The notes beneath the pieces were generated by a model that worked only from the letters and a program-made list of their open reading frames with translations, was not told where the DNA came from and searched no databases. Position numbers and translations under genes: made by a program. A stretch of DNA of 63,531 nucleotides, the filler included, from Octopus bimaculoides (taxonomy: Eukaryota), in the NCBI RefSeq assembly GCF_001194135.2. It is 6 parts of 6 records of this genome, joined end to end, with 100 filler letters (N's around TTAATTAATTAA, not from the genome) between each part and the next. Parts side by side here need not be neighbours in the genome. Positions count along the whole stretch, not along the records: positions 1 to 28,271 come from NC_069002.1; 5 more parts are not named here. One strand, written 5' to 3'. Every line of letters begins with the position of its first letter. The stretch's first letter is position 1. Positions 13,389 to 27,210 of this stretch are shown here, piece by piece.

Positions 13389-14689
13389 ACACATACACAC
13401 ACATCCATATACATACATCTTTATTCACTAAATTCATATTATCCCGATACTGATGTTAGCCTTTATATTTCATGATGTTTCTGGGGTGGGAGAGTAGTTC
13501 TGGTTTGAGAGAAAATGTATTGAGTGACGAAGAAAGAAAGAAAAATGCATAAGTGAAAGAAAGGATGTAGGGCAGATATAGAAGATGATAGAAAGAACGA
13601 GGATGAAGGAAGGACGAGGCAGCTTAATAGAAAAGTTAATTAAATATAATTGCATGCAGTGTATGAAGGATTAGATTAGTGATTGAGAGCCAGAAAGATA
13701 GGATGATAAAGTGAGGAATATCGAGAGAAGCAGCGATAGGGAACGAGAGAGCAAGAGTGCGTGAGAGAGAGAAAGAGGAAAAGAGAGAGCGGGAAGAGAG
13801 ATAATCATGATATATTGAATTTGTGAAGCTGTTTGTTATGTAGGGTCAGCGTCTCAGATTTCAAAGTTCAATTCCCTTCAGAAGAATCGAATAAAGAGAG
13901 AAAAAGAGAAGGAAGAAACGAAATGTCGGATGGAAGTTGGAAGGTTGTTGGTGACGTTTCTCATAGAATTTATGTTACCATGCCGTCAATTCAAGGGTTC
14001 TCAACAGTTTCACTACCACTGACAACTTTCATTTAAATAAATTGCCCCGACAAACCTCAGGAGTTGGAAAGGTGTGTCATTTCAATAAATCGATTTAACT
14101 AAATAACAACCGACACAATTTTAATGCTGTCATCACTCAAATGAAGCATAATGGAATAATTGCGGGTAATTCAGTTTTGACACACTTTACACTGTGATTC
14201 TTTAAAAGTTTGGACACCTTTCATAGAGTTCTTGCGCTGATTATGAGAATCTTGAAATGGCTTTCGCACGAAGGGAAGATTTGGGTTGCTGTCGAGCGAT
14301 AGATGACCTAACTACCCGTCGGTTACGACGAGGAGTCTTCTAGTGGATTCGATCAGTAGAACAACCTGCTTATGAAATTAACGTGCAAGTGGCTGATTAC
14401 TCCACATACACGTATAATTTTAACGTAGATCAGCGTGACACACAGAATATGACATCACTGGCCCTTTCGAATTACAAGCACAACTCATTTTTGTCGGATG
14501 AATTGACTGCAGTAACGTTAAATATGTCTTTTAAAGGACACAAAGCACCGCCGGGAATCGAAATCAAGGTGTGAGGATCGTAAACGGGATACTCTAGCTG
14601 CTAAGTCACTCACCTTCGGATTCATAGAAGCCGTACAGCTAATAAATGACGGAATAATTTTTTCTACTCTGGGAAGAGGGACCGAAATT

Positions 14690-14863
14690 TTTTGGGAGGG
14701 GGACCAGTCGATTAGATCGAACACCAGTATGCAGCTGGTACTTAATTTATGAACTCCGAAAGCCAAAGTCGACCTCAGCAGAATTTGAACTCAGAACATA
14801 GAGACAGACGAAATACCACTGAGCATTTCGCCCGGCGTTCTAACGTTTCTGCCAGCTTGCCAT
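14690..14863 (-). mobile_element. tRNA-derived SINE, family C (Nin/Deu-domain-like centre)
   Basis: Reverse complement matches ggcgagctggcagaatcgttag...gttctgagttcaaattc..gaggtcgactttg...ataaattaagtaccag...gatctaatcgactggccccctccc, shared with other copies in the window. Confidence 0.85.
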
Positions 14864-14954
14864 ACAGTTAATAAATGGCGGAATAATGTTGATGTCATCT
14901 ACTCGCTTCTCTCCCTTTGCTCCATTCAACGGCAAAAGTAAAGCATAAAATGAG

Positions 14955-15178
14955 TCATGAGTTCCTCGTAAATTTTGCCTCTCACTCGTAATATCTTCAA
15001 AATAGTTTGTCGGGAAAAATAAATATACTAACGTCAGTGAAAGGGGGAAACTTTTGTGTCATGAGTTCCTCGTAAATTTTGACTGTCAAAGGTGATGCCT
15101 CTCACTCGTAATATCTTCAAAATAGTTTGTCGGGAAAAATAAATATACTAACGTCAGTAAAAGGGGGAAACTTTTGCG
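14955..15178. repeat. Two-unit tandem duplication (about 104 and 120 bp)
   Basis: tcatgagttcctcgtaaattttg...gggggaaacttttg occurs twice; the second unit has about 16 extra bp. Confidence 0.9.
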
Positions 15179-15222
15179 TGCTTGGAATCTATCAGTTGTA
15201 AACACGATAATTGCATTAATGG

Positions 15223-15273
15223 TTACTACTACTACTACTACTACTACTGCTACTGCTGCTGCTGCTGCTGCTG

Positions 15274-15334
<61 letters not shown>
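15223..15334. repeat. (TAC/TGC)n microsatellite
   Basis: Direct reading. Confidence 0.97.
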
Positions 15335-15629
15335 GCAAGCGCTGGGGCATCTACGTGCTCACTTAACATGCTAGAAATAGCAATCCAACCTCTTTCAAAT
15401 TACCTTAAGCGCCAAAGTTAGAAAAATAAATGGAATGGGCATGGCTGGAATGCATTTGCTCTTAGATAAGCTTCTTCCACCAAATTTGACCTGGAACGAA
15501 GTAATTAACGATATCAACAAGTGTTGCTGTTGTTACTACTACATTTTTAATTATAGAAATTATCTACAGTGAAAATAACCACACAAACAATACAGAGAAA
15601 GAATCTCACGTCAATAAAGATTAATAAAC

Positions 15630-15707
<78 letters not shown>

Positions 15708-16770
15708 CCACAACTATAAAACATAAAACCTTCCACTATGAAAATCCCAAATGGCGCCTAGATTTCATTTTGGTAAACGTTGTTCATTGACCTAGTTTTG
15801 ATCGTTTTCCTGTAGATATATTTTACTTCAGCGATAATGGGGGAGACGGGACTCTGCAGTGGACTTATCGAGACAGTTATCAAACAATTCAGAGGGGCAA
15901 TGTTCACATTTACATTATGATTTATGAATTTATTGTTTTTGATTTTATATTTATACGTGTCTATTATCGCAAACATTGTTTTCAGCTTTTGTTTAACAAT
16001 CTTTATCTGATGGAGGAGGGGGGATTTTATACAAACAAATGATAAAACAAAAGCCCATTGAACCAATGAAAACAAAATGAATAGCTCAAGTAGGGTTTAA
16101 TGGTCAAAAGTTTACAAACAATATGAAGTATTGTTCGTCAGGTGTGCGCTGTAGTCTAACTGGCAAAGTCCCAGCAAGTTGAGTCTACAATGCTGTTTCA
16201 ATCCATGGTTGAGAAAAGTTCAGTCAGTCTATCTGTAAATATTATTTGGGAATATATAACACAACATTTTCCATTTACGCCACGGTTTTAAAATATTGCA
16301 CTTTTAATCCTATAGAAAAGATATGAAGGAAGTTTGTATGGTAACATATTTCATCTGTTATAATGCACTAACAAGGCTGCTATTGTACAAGACTTCAGTG
16401 GTTTATATAACTTACAAACTATACTGGTAATAGCCTTCTGTGTTTAGATTTGATCATACAAGAGAAGTGTCAATAAAGGGGAAAAATTGCTCTCCGTAGT
16501 GTAGATTATCAAGAGAAATTTGAGACAGTCTAAGTCCTGTGGACAGCTGCTGTTTAAGTTATCATCATAGCATTTTGATCAGCATCCTTTGATCCTCTCT
16601 CTTGCTGAAATAATATTAAGGACAGGGGAAAGGAAGAGACATCTGTCAAAAACCCCTACGAAAGTGGACTCACTTTGATGAGAGTTAAGTTAAGAAGTGC
16701 TACTTTAAAATTGCAATGTCATTAAATTTTTTAGTGGAGAAGTTTAATTTTGCCACATCCCATTCTACAG

Positions 16771-16815
16771 GACCTCACTGCTTCTGAGATCCGGTCTACA
16801 GAGAAGGCATTGAAG
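16771..16815 (+). CDS. Candidate 45-nt internal exon, DLTASEIRSTEKALK (phase 0-0), gene unknown
   Basis: Acceptor ttttgccacatcccattctacag and donor AAG|gtgaga; only one frame is open. No partner exons found. Confidence 0.35.
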
Positions 16816-16985
16816 GTGAGAAATGGTGTTGAGATAAAACAATCTCACCAACAATTGATCCTAAAACATGGTATGTGGAAGCTTCATGTCAGTAGAATAA
16901 TTTCAGACAATATACAACTAATAGTTTTCAGCATAATATTTTATGTGTGTGTGTATGTATATATATATATATATATATATATGTT

Positions 16986-17099
<114 letters not shown>

Positions 17100-17190
17100 A
17101 ATATATATATACATATACACACATATATAGACATATTTAATGTGTCTCTACTTGTGTTAAATGATATTTGCATAAACATATTCTTCTTTT

Positions 17191-17589
17191 TTTTACTTTT
17201 TACTTGTTTCAGTCATTTGACTGCGGCCATGCTGGAGCACCGCCTTTAGTGGAGCAAATCGAGCCCCGGATTTAATGTTTGTAAGCCTAGTACTTATTCT
17301 ATCGTTTCTTTTGCCGAACCGCTAAGTTACGGGGACTTAAACACACCAGCATCGGTTGTCAAGCGATGTTGGGGGGACAAACACAGACACACAAACACAA
17401 ACACACATATACATACATATACATATATACGACGGGCTTCTTTCAGTTTCCGCCAACCAAATCCACTCACAAGGCTTTGGTCGGCCCGAGGCTATAGTAC
17501 AAGACACTTGCCCAAGGTGGCACGCACTGGGACTGAACACAGAACCATGTGGTTGGTAAGCAAGCTAGTTACCACACAGCCACATCTGC
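17191..17589 (-). mobile_element. tRNA-derived CORE-like SINE, family A, near full length
   Basis: On the minus strand: A box TGGCTGTGTGG, B box GGTTC..GTTCAGTCCC, CORE-like ccttgggcaagtgtctt, internal CA/TA tract, tail gactgaaacaagtaaaa. Confidence 0.9.
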
Positions 17590-17726
17590 AAACTTTCAAA
17601 ACTCTGAATACGTGTGAGAGAGCCGCCAGGCAGCAACTGTTTTTCCGTCTTGTAAGGGTAAATACATAATCTTATTTTGCTGTTCTGAAAGCTTTACAGC
17701 GTTCGAGAATTACTTTCTTTTCTGTA

Positions 17727-17770
<44 letters not shown>

Positions 17771-18158
17771 CAAATTAAAATGAGAAAGTTGAAAAACTGT
17801 CATGAACTTAAAGCTGTTTCTGCTATAGGTTCTAACGTACTCATAGTTGTTCTGTACTGAAACATGTATGCTTGGGAAATCGCAAAAGCCTAGGATGCCA
17901 AACTCTTGGGACAAAAAACAAAATGACGTGGTTAATAGTCAAACTTCTCAATAATCTAGTCTATGTGTATATGGCTTCTGTATAATCTAGAGATCATCCT
18001 CTAATGGAAACATGACAGACTAATTCCTTTTAATAATTCCAACACGTAATCAAATTCAACAGAGATATTGCCTTGTACTCTAGCCGTTCTGTACATGTGG
18101 AACTCAGAAGAACAACGCACATAAACGTACATATATACCGATATGCATATGCGCTCAA

Positions 18159-18225
<67 letters not shown>

Positions 18226-18794
18226 TATGTATGTATATACTTCGTTACGCACACACACCTCCACGCCAAAGATGTTACACTTCACAGTCAATAAGGATCT
18301 CCGACGACAACATCAATTGTACAACTTTGGACAAATGACATTTGTACAGACTAAAGGAACAAATGATAATTGGAAGCTACATCAGTGATGACAAATGAAC
18401 GTGGGGCCAGGTATGCGGTCGAAACTGTTTCCTAACAGGAAAATTTCGTTTAACTAAGTTTACTATCTAAAGCAAACAAAGGACACGTTCAATTAAATTT
18501 TTAGATGCTCTTAAGAACGGCAGGTAACCAGTTCTTTGAGTAGCCCCCCCTCCCCACACTACACCTCTGCTAGTTGTCTATTTAATAAAATCAGTCTCAC
18601 AGAATTCAGAAATTTCAAGTGCGAACTACACTATTGTGTTTTGCAAATGAACTGCCTTAAACGTACAGTGCACATGCATACACACGCAAGCACCAACGCA
18701 ATCAGGCGCGCATGCTCACCCTTGCATACACACACGCACAAACCCAAACACACACCCAGACACACATATGCATGCACGCACACATAAGTACATA

Positions 18795-19315
18795 GGCCTT
18801 AGAGCGATCCCAGCCGAGTGGCTGAAACTCATAAACAGATGGCGAACAAAAGTGTGGAGTGGAGTGAAAGCGTTTGAAGAGGCCAGGATAACGCATGCAA
18901 GACTCAAAAGAGATTTAAGGAAAAATGTTATGATCGACAAAGTGAACCACAATGACCTTTTTGTGTGCACAGTTTGTGACAGACCATGCTTTTCTTTTGC
19001 TGGGCTCAAATCTCATTTGGGAACCTATGGAAAACGAACCTGCACCAACTATTCTGCCTATATGTCTGTGAACACCATTCAATGCAATGTATGCCAGAAG
19101 GTTTGCAAATCTAACGGAGGCCTCAAAAGACATTTTAAGATCCACAAAGATCAGAACGTATCTCTAGCTCTTGATTGTCCAAATCGGATATGCAATCTAT
19201 GTGGGTGTCTTTTCAAAACATTGTCTGGTTTAAAAAGCCACGTTAAATGTCATGCTGGTTCTAAGGTGTAGGTACAGGAGGAGGTCAGACTCTGCGTATG
19301 GAGTAGACAACCACC

Positions 19316-19317
<2 letters not shown>
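18795..19317 (+). mobile_element. 5'-truncated RTE LINE 3' end encoding three C2H2 zinc fingers
   Basis: RWRTKVWSGVKAFEEARITHARLKRDLRK (RTE ORF C-terminus) followed by CTVC..HLGTY (last His lost), CNVC..HFKIH and CNLC..HVKCH; short 3'UTR ending GGAGTAGACAACCACCAT then (TA)n. Confidence 0.8.
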
Positions 19318-19350
<33 letters not shown>

Positions 19351-19718
19351 CATGTGTGAACACATGTGTATTTTATTTATTTATTTATGTGTTTCAGCCA
19401 AGTGGCTGCGGTCATGCTGGTGCACCACCGTGAATTTATGTATTTCAATACGTATGTGTGAACGTGTGTATATATNNNNNNNNNNNNNNNNNNNNNNNNN
19501 NNNNNNNNNNNNNNNNNNNNNNNNNNNNNNNNNNNNNNNNNNNNNNNNNNNNNNNNNNNNNNNNNNNNNNNNNNNNNNNNNNNNNNNNNNNNNNNNNNNN
19601 NNNNNNNNNNNNNNNNNNNNNNNNNNNNNNNNNNNNNNNNNNNNNNNNNNNNNNNNNNNNNNNNNNNNNNNNNNNNNNNNNNNNNNNNNNNNNNNNNNNN
19701 NNNNNNNNNNNNNNNNNN

Positions 19719-19750
<32 letters not shown>

Positions 19751-20957
19751 TGCTCTATTTTAAATGATATTTTATTTGTTTTTGTGTATGGGAGTGGATG
19801 TGTGCAGGAATGTGTTTGTAGCGATCATATCACAAAGACTAATCAATCAAATGATAATGAGGAAAAAGATAATTAATTGTGACGATGATAATGATTTCTC
19901 ACTGCGTTACGAGGGCGCAGTGGCTCAGGGGAGACGCTAGTGTCGATCGAGTCAACAGCAGCCAGTGACAATCACTTGTTTTATTAGCGCCCGGTGAGGG
20001 AAAACATTGAAGTTTAAAGTGGGAGTGTTGGAAATGATAGCGCAGCGAGAGAGAGAGAGAGAGGGAGAGAGGAGGAGAGAGGGGAGAGAGAGGGAAGAGA
20101 GAGAAGGGAGAGAGAGAGAGAGGGGGAAAGAGAGCCCCGGATAAAATGCTTAACTGCATGTGGTCCGTCTTTACGTTCTCAGATCAAATTCCACTGAGGT
20201 CGACATTGTCTTTCATCGTTTCGAAGCCGATTATAAAAAGTACCAGTTATACTCTGGAGTTGCTGTAGTTAATTTAACCATCCAATGAAATTGCTGACCT
20301 TGTGCCAAAATTTGAAACCAATGTTATTATCAGTATTAAGGCGGTGAGCTGGCAGAATCGTTAGCATGTCGGACGAAATTTCGCCTGTTCTGAGTTCAAA
20401 TTCTGCCGAAGTCGCTTTTGCGTTTCATCCTTCAGGGTGAGTCAACAACGACGTCAGTCTGCACATTCAACATCAAACGCAAGAATCAGTGACGAAAAAG
20501 TTTCTTGCAAACCACGAAAAGTCCTTATGGGTTATTTTGGTAAATTTCATTTTCCCAATAAAATATTCACATGAACAATTAGCAAAGATGTTCATCCTGA
20601 GGTTTGGGAACAAGAGTCCCCAAATCCAAATATTATTTCCTACAATACTAGCAGAATGCATGATGGCACTATCTGCAGGTTGAATATTCGTACATCAATT
20701 CACCCAGACTTCTGTATCCGACTTCAGGAACAATTTGGGTGTTGTGGCAGGTCGATGCCATACCTCAGGGGAAAAGAAAATTTACACTTGTGATTCACAA
20801 TCACTACATCTGCCTGGCCAGTTCCTAGCCTACTTTGCTGTTTATGACGGCCTCCAGCACATTGTTTGACCTGCGAGTCCGATCCGTTATAGGTTGATCA
20901 TGTTGCACAGTATTCCCTACACAGGGGCCACATTCATGTCTCAGTATATAAACTTGT

Positions 20958-21130
20958 AAAGGTGGTGAGCACGCAGAATCGTTAGCACGCCGGGGGAAAT
21001 GCTTAGCGATATTTCGTCTGCCGCTACGTTCTGAGTTCAAATTCCGCTGAGGTTGACTTTGCCTTTCATCTTTTCAGAGTCGAAAAATTAAGTACCAGTT
21101 GCGTACTGGGGTCGTTCTAATCGACTGGCC
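20958..21130 (+). mobile_element. SINE family C copy (further copies about 20150-20260, 20337-20440, 37395-37565 minus, 45437-45560 minus, 50085-50215)
   Basis: ggtggtgagc..cagaatcgttagc...gttcaaattcc...gcctttcatc...aattaagtaccag. Confidence 0.85.
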
Positions 21131-21139
21131 ATTGCAACA

Positions 21140-21480
21140 CTTTGGATATGTTTAGCACTTTCATCCTCTTTCCCACAGATTCTGCGTTTGTTGTCTGACA
21201 GAGGTTTCATCATACCTCATTTTTTTATCAAGACAATCCTTAAGACTTGTTCCTGAGCTGCTAAATGTATCAATTCAGTTTTCGTTTCAGGCATCCATCC
21301 CTCATGACCAACGTCTCCACCTCTTACACTACTCTTTGTTATATGAATTGTTTGTGCAGTTCCTTGGTAGAATCAAAAGCACGATTCAGTCAAATGGCCA
21401 CTGATCAGAACCATTTCAGATCACGTTCTCAGTCCGTCAGGATTGTACATTTTCTTCGCTTTCTGTATTTCTTCTGACTC
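21140..21480 (-). mobile_element. R4/Dong LINE fragment (post-RT, Zn-knuckle region)
   Basis: Minus-strand GW..ETKTELIHLAAQEQVL...RRICGKEDESAKHI resembles ETE..I.AAQDQAL...CR.CG...E...H; heavily decayed. Confidence 0.6.
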
Positions 21481-21629
21481 TTTGGATTGGAGTTTCGAAT
21501 CCTCACTGAACCAATTTCACATATCATCCTTTTGGTTCTCAAAAGCATAGCAATTAAGTATTGTACTCGATGTCACAAGCTAATCCCTGCCATTAAAATT
21601 CCGGACCTTGTTCCCAAATTGGAAACTAT

Positions 21630-23105
21630 TATCATCATTCAGTAGTCTTATTTTTATCACGTGCTTTCATTGAACAAATGAGCGCAGTTCTGTGCGCTTT
21701 GGGTATGTGCTATGATTTGTTATGGTGCTTTTATTTTCGTTGTATTAAAAGTGCTTTAGGTAGGATGTGCGCGGTGCCTAGTAGTGCTATTTTTGTATAT
21801 ATTTGTAATTGCAGGTGTCTTTGTTACGTATTTGTCTGAATGTTTTTTAATAATACCTAATGCAACTACTATTATAGGAATTGTTTCTGTTTCTGTTTTT
21901 AGGCTCCTCATTCGAGTTACCTCTATTTCCAGATCTTTGTATTTTGAGAGATTCTCCGTTTCTTTTCGAGATATATTGTCATCTGTTGGAATTGATACAT
22001 CGATCATAAGGCATTTTTCTTGGTGATATCTCACAACTATATACGGTCTATTAGCCTTGATTTCTGTATCTGAATGTATTGGCATATCATTTATATTCTA
22101 ATTAAGAATATTGTAACTGCAACTTATAAGTTCTTATAACCATTATCTTGTTTTTCGCATTGAGCTCTGTTTTCAGTATTAATCTACCTCCACTCCAGTA
22201 TTCTTTTCTCATCTTCTCTTTCACTCGTGTTGTGTCGTATCTAGGTTATTGATCGCTAAGTTTTTGTAAGTCTGTCTTTGGTCTAATTCTCTTATTTCAT
22301 TTGCTTTATCCTTTGTGATGTTGCTACTCTTAACTAGTTTTCCTCTTTTCAAGGTTGCTTTAGCACATTTTTCTGAGCCAAATGTCAAGTTTATTTCTTT
22401 GGTAAATCCATGCACTGTTAGTAGTAATGTTTCCAGATTTTTGTCATTTGCAGCATACAGTTTTAGATCATCCATATACAAGAGATGTTTCATTGTTTTT
22501 CTGTAACAGTTGTATCCTCACTCAGTTCTGCTTAGTATGTCAGATAAAGGTATCAGCACCGGGCAGAAAAAGAGTGAAGAACTCGCGTGTCTCTGGTATA
22601 TTCGTGTTCTAACGGTGGTGGTTTTGGTTTTTATGAGTCCCTCTTTTGTCTGGAGCTGTAGCACTGTTTGCCATTTATTCACGGAATGTTTTATATATTT
22701 TATGATTATTGACGCCACATTGTTCATGGCTAGTATTTCCAGGATTTCTGCGTAGGGAATACTGTCAAAATCCTTTCGATAATAGCCCCCAAGCGATGCT
22801 TAGACCCTTATTTTTCTTACGGGTATCTGCAGCTATTGATTTATAGCTGATCTCTACAGCCGTATGAGCCCTTGCAACATCCCTCCTGCTCTTCTGGAAA
22901 CAGGTTGCTTTCTTCCACATATTTGCCTGTTCTCTGCGATATTATTGCAATAAAGGCTTTGTAAATTGTAGGGAGACAAGTTATTTTATTCATGTCCGTA
23001 ATTTTGTGGGTTTGCCATTTCAGTGAATTCAGGAATTGGGATAGTTTTCCCTTCCGTGAGTCATTCAGGCGTTGTCTCTGGCGCTACTAGGATCTCATTG
23101 AATTA
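21630..23105 (-). mobile_element. R4/Dong LINE with RT and restriction-like endonuclease, internally deleted and 5'-truncated
   Basis: TCLPTIYKA, HLLYMDDLKLYA, FGSEKCAKATLKRGK, IKANRPYIVV..CLMIDVSIP..KETENLSKYKDL (PD-D/E-xK endonuclease), KIALLGTAHIL near the 3' end. Confidence 0.88.
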
Positions 23106-23369
23106 TTATTATTATTATCATTTCCTCTTTATCACATGTTTTGTTGGTGCTCCTGGAATCTTGCATCCGTAGCGGGCTCACTATCCTACTTTTCGTTCTT
23201 TTCAGCTATCAAATACTTCCCTGATTATTCTGGCCATACCTCTACCTTTGAAACTATTTTGAATGGTGAATTTGGTAACTTTGGCTTGTATTAGAAAAGG
23301 ATAAACTATTCATTACCGTTGCTAATTTTTTTACAGCCACCTTCATATTTCATGACTACCATTGGGATC

Positions 23370-23712
<343 letters not shown>

Positions 23713-24449
23713 TCGCTGTCAAAATAGGTTTATGCATATCTCTGTATCAATGTCGTATTGTGTATTTTCTCTAATAACTTGATAATTTCTTTGCTATGTC
23801 ATATGGATTCATTAGGAAGTGAAATAGAAGTTGTTTTTTATATTTATATGCCTGTTTAAAAAAGGAAAAAGCATATCTAACAAGGGGCTTGCCTTGTTTG
23901 AATTTAACCAAGATGACGACAAGAGATTGAGGCAAAAGATTAAATCAAATACAATCACAAAGAAAAATAAACAGTAGCATGAAAGCAATTTTCAACAAGG
24001 CAATCATATTTTGAAGAAAGAACATTGTAATATTTCTGTAGGCGTTACCAATTGTTGAGTGGACTTTTGCGGTTCTTTTGGCAATAACAACAATATTCAT
24101 AGAAATAATGTTTTTACGAGTGAGAAGGTTTATAAAATCGGATGCAATTTTACTGATTTTTCACAGAAAATGTCGACATGAATAAAATACAGCAGGAGAC
24201 CGAATTGCTACAGTGGTACGTCACAAACTATATGCCTTTTTTCCTGAAGAATTTGTCAGAAGACAGGCGAAAAGAAAACATAATGTGCAACTGACTGGTA
24301 AAAAAACAAAAATGTGGCGTACAGTGTGAAGCCTTAGCGCAATTGTGAGGCGGAGTGGCCGGGACACTAGTCCAGCCAGCTGAGTAGCGGGGTCAATAAA
24401 TGTACTTGGCGCATAATATAATAGTTTAGGCATATGGAGAGATACCAGA

Positions 24450-25296
24450 TGGTATGAAAATGTTCTGTAGCGCACCAATAGATAGCAGCACATGATTGAC
24501 TGCACAGGGAGAGCTAGCAGTGACCTTCATGAAGCTGTGTGTCATGTGCCATCACTGAATTTACTTCATAAGTTGTGAAATTGGTGCTTTAGTGATCACG
24601 TGTATGGTGTAGTCTGCGATTTGTCTTCGACAGGAACAAAGGACCAGCGTGACGTTTTGCATTAAACTTGGGAAGTTTGCTACAGAGATATTGAGCATGC
24701 TTTGGTAAGCTGACGGCGTTAAGGCAATGGGACATACGCAATGTTTCCAGTGGCATAGGCACTTCACGCCGCAGCTCAATGAAAAGCATGCTTATCATTT
24801 TTGACATCTGCAGCAAAAAAGACATATAGTTTGTAGCAATTCCATCGCCGTGATATTATGAACGGAGAATTCGTCCTCCAGGGCCAGGACATTTGTCGAT
24901 ATCAGCGGAGCGTGAACAATTGGATTCTTTACGACAACAATTCACCCTGTCACCGAGCTCTCCTCACTCGTGAGTTTCTTGCCCAAAGCAACATTGTATC
25001 GCTTCTGCATCCACCCTATTCGGCAGATTTAGCATCTGCGGACCTCCATCACTTCCCCAAAATGAAACTGCAGCTGAAACGTCACAGTTTTAACACCGTT
25101 CCGGTAATCCAGAGCGCATGGTAGAAGGTTCCCAACTAGCTTACGGCAAACGACTTCCAGGCCGGATTCCAAAGTTGCAGGAACTCTGGCAACGGTATAT
25201 TACAGCGCAAGGTAACTATTCCGAATGAAATTATGTTAGAACTTAGGTAAATTATTAAACATAACTAGTCCATAAACTTTCTGATACCTCTTCGTA
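24450..25296 (+). mobile_element. Internally deleted mariner relic (irritans-like)
   Basis: EQRTSVTFCIKLGK...CFQWHRHF, then NWILYDNNSPCH, LHPPYSADLASAD, WQRYITAQGNY; right TIR ccataaactttctgatacctcttcgta ends at 25296; left end degraded. Confidence 0.85.
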
Positions 25297-26375
25297 TCTT
25301 TGTGAGATCAGTATCTATACGTTGAGTATAACATATCGATTTTGGATTTCATCAATAAATGGTGGAAATATCAATACAATACGTGACTCTAGTTTGACTC
25401 AAATACGTCCAAGCCTGAGCAAATCAAAGATGGACGTCATGGCCATCCCGTTTTTTGTATCAAGAATCTCATTATCAAATATTCTGACTCGAGCGGGATT
25501 TAAGGGAAATTAAGCTCTTATTTTTAGCCAGTCGTTGGACCGAGTAGAGCAGTAGTTATCAAATTGTTTATAATCCATGCCATTACAAATTGTTCAAATT
25601 CCGCATTCCCTTCATGTGACTCGCTCAATACCCTCTTTTTCACTTGGTTCGATTATAATGCATTTCGTTATTTGCCTGAAAATTCACATGGTGAGACACA
25701 TCTGCCCTGAAGGATGCACCACAAACCAGTGGTCTAGAGTCTCGCCTGCGAATGACAGAGACAAGATTGGTCGAAAGGGTCATTGTGATTTATAAAGAAT
25801 CTCGTGAATTCCATTTTCTCTTTCTTTCATTTGTTATTTAATCGATGAACATACAGTGGGATTTATATCTATAATGTGGATAACGTCAGGTAGCCGCAAA
25901 CAGTGAACATGAGTTAATCAGCATACTGCCAGCTATTTGTCAACACAATGTGGTATTCCTACACAAGACGATGTTACTACTTTTTAGCTTCAGGAAAACA
26001 TCTTTTCCAGCTGGCAAATACACTTTACTGTTCGGTACTTTTCCTACATTTTTTTCGCTCAGTGATTTAAAACAGGTTGTTGTACTCTTTATATATATAT
26101 ANNNNNNNNNNNNNNNNNNNNNNNNNNNNNNNNNNNNNNNNNNNNNNNNNNNNNNNNNNNNNNNNNNNNNNNNNNNNNNNNNNNNNNNNNNNNNNNNNNN
26201 NNNNNNNNNNNNNNNNNNNNNNNNNNNNNNNNNNNNNNNNNNNNNNNNNNNNNNNNNNNNNNNNNNNNNNNNNNNNNNNNNNNNNNNNNNNNNNNNNNNN
26301 NNNNNNNNNNNNNNNNNNNNNNNNNNNNNNNNNNNNNNNNNNNNNNNNNNNNNNNNNNNNNNNNNNNNNNNNNNN

Positions 26376-26404
<29 letters not shown>

Positions 26405-26409
<5 letters not shown>

Positions 26410-27210
26410 CATATATATATAATGGGCTTCGTATATTTTACCCCAGTGACAATTTGATGGTATGCACTGCTCTGTCACTCAATAATAATAATGATAGTAT
26501 CGTCAACTATAATGTAAGCCTCCAAAATGAGAATAGTAGTATTGATGATGATGTGGAAAATAGAAGTGATAGTGGTAGTGCTTCTAATATAAACAATATG
26601 AATTGTAGTTCTGGTGCCTATACAAGCATGGAAATTATTGGTAGACCTGCTGATGTAGAGGCATATTTAAATGATACTAGAATTGAGGGGGAGTTAGAAA
26701 ATAGACGTGAACATAACATACTTGATAATAGAAATATTAATAGTGAAAATATTAACAATAATAATATGAATCTTAATAATACTAATATTAATAATAATAT
26801 TTCTCCTAGTTGTAATTGTAGTGTTAAATCCCGCTGTCTGTTATTAGGTCGATGTCTTATCCAGAACGTAATTTATAAATCTACAACTAATAATTTTATA
26901 TACATTGAATGTTTGATTAATATGAAACTACGTGTCTTCCTTAAAGCTTAAACATAAAGCGAATTGTACGTCATTATCCAGTAAGATTTGAAAATTGAAG
27001 GAAAGTAGAACTGGGGTTCAGCTTCAAATGGGAAATAATAAGAAAAGCACAGCCTTCTAGAAATAGAAGATACGGGCGTGAGCTGTGCTCTATGGAAACA
27101 TATGAAATTTTTAGGCATAAAAATAAAGGCAACCTGATTAATAATAGATTAGACCTTAGGGCATCATGCGTACATAGTGTCACCCGTACTTTTAAATATT
27201 TTCGAAAGTA
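26405..27210 (+). mobile_element. Penelope-like element 3' fragment (Asn-rich linker plus GIY-YIG endonuclease), degraded
   Basis: SCNCSVKSRCLLLGRCLIQNVIYKST..FIYIE matches the PLE CNCR..CPL.G.C...VVY...YIG pattern; decayed endonuclease C-terminus follows. Confidence 0.75.

Noticed and set aside
14955-15178. CRISPR-like or regulatory array
   Set aside because: Only two units with no spacers, in a eukaryotic context; a simple tandem duplication.
18768-19271. Host C2H2 zinc-finger gene
   Set aside because: No real start, no TGEKP linkers, RTE C-terminal sequence upstream and a second truncated copy with the same 3' end; interpreted as LINE-derived.
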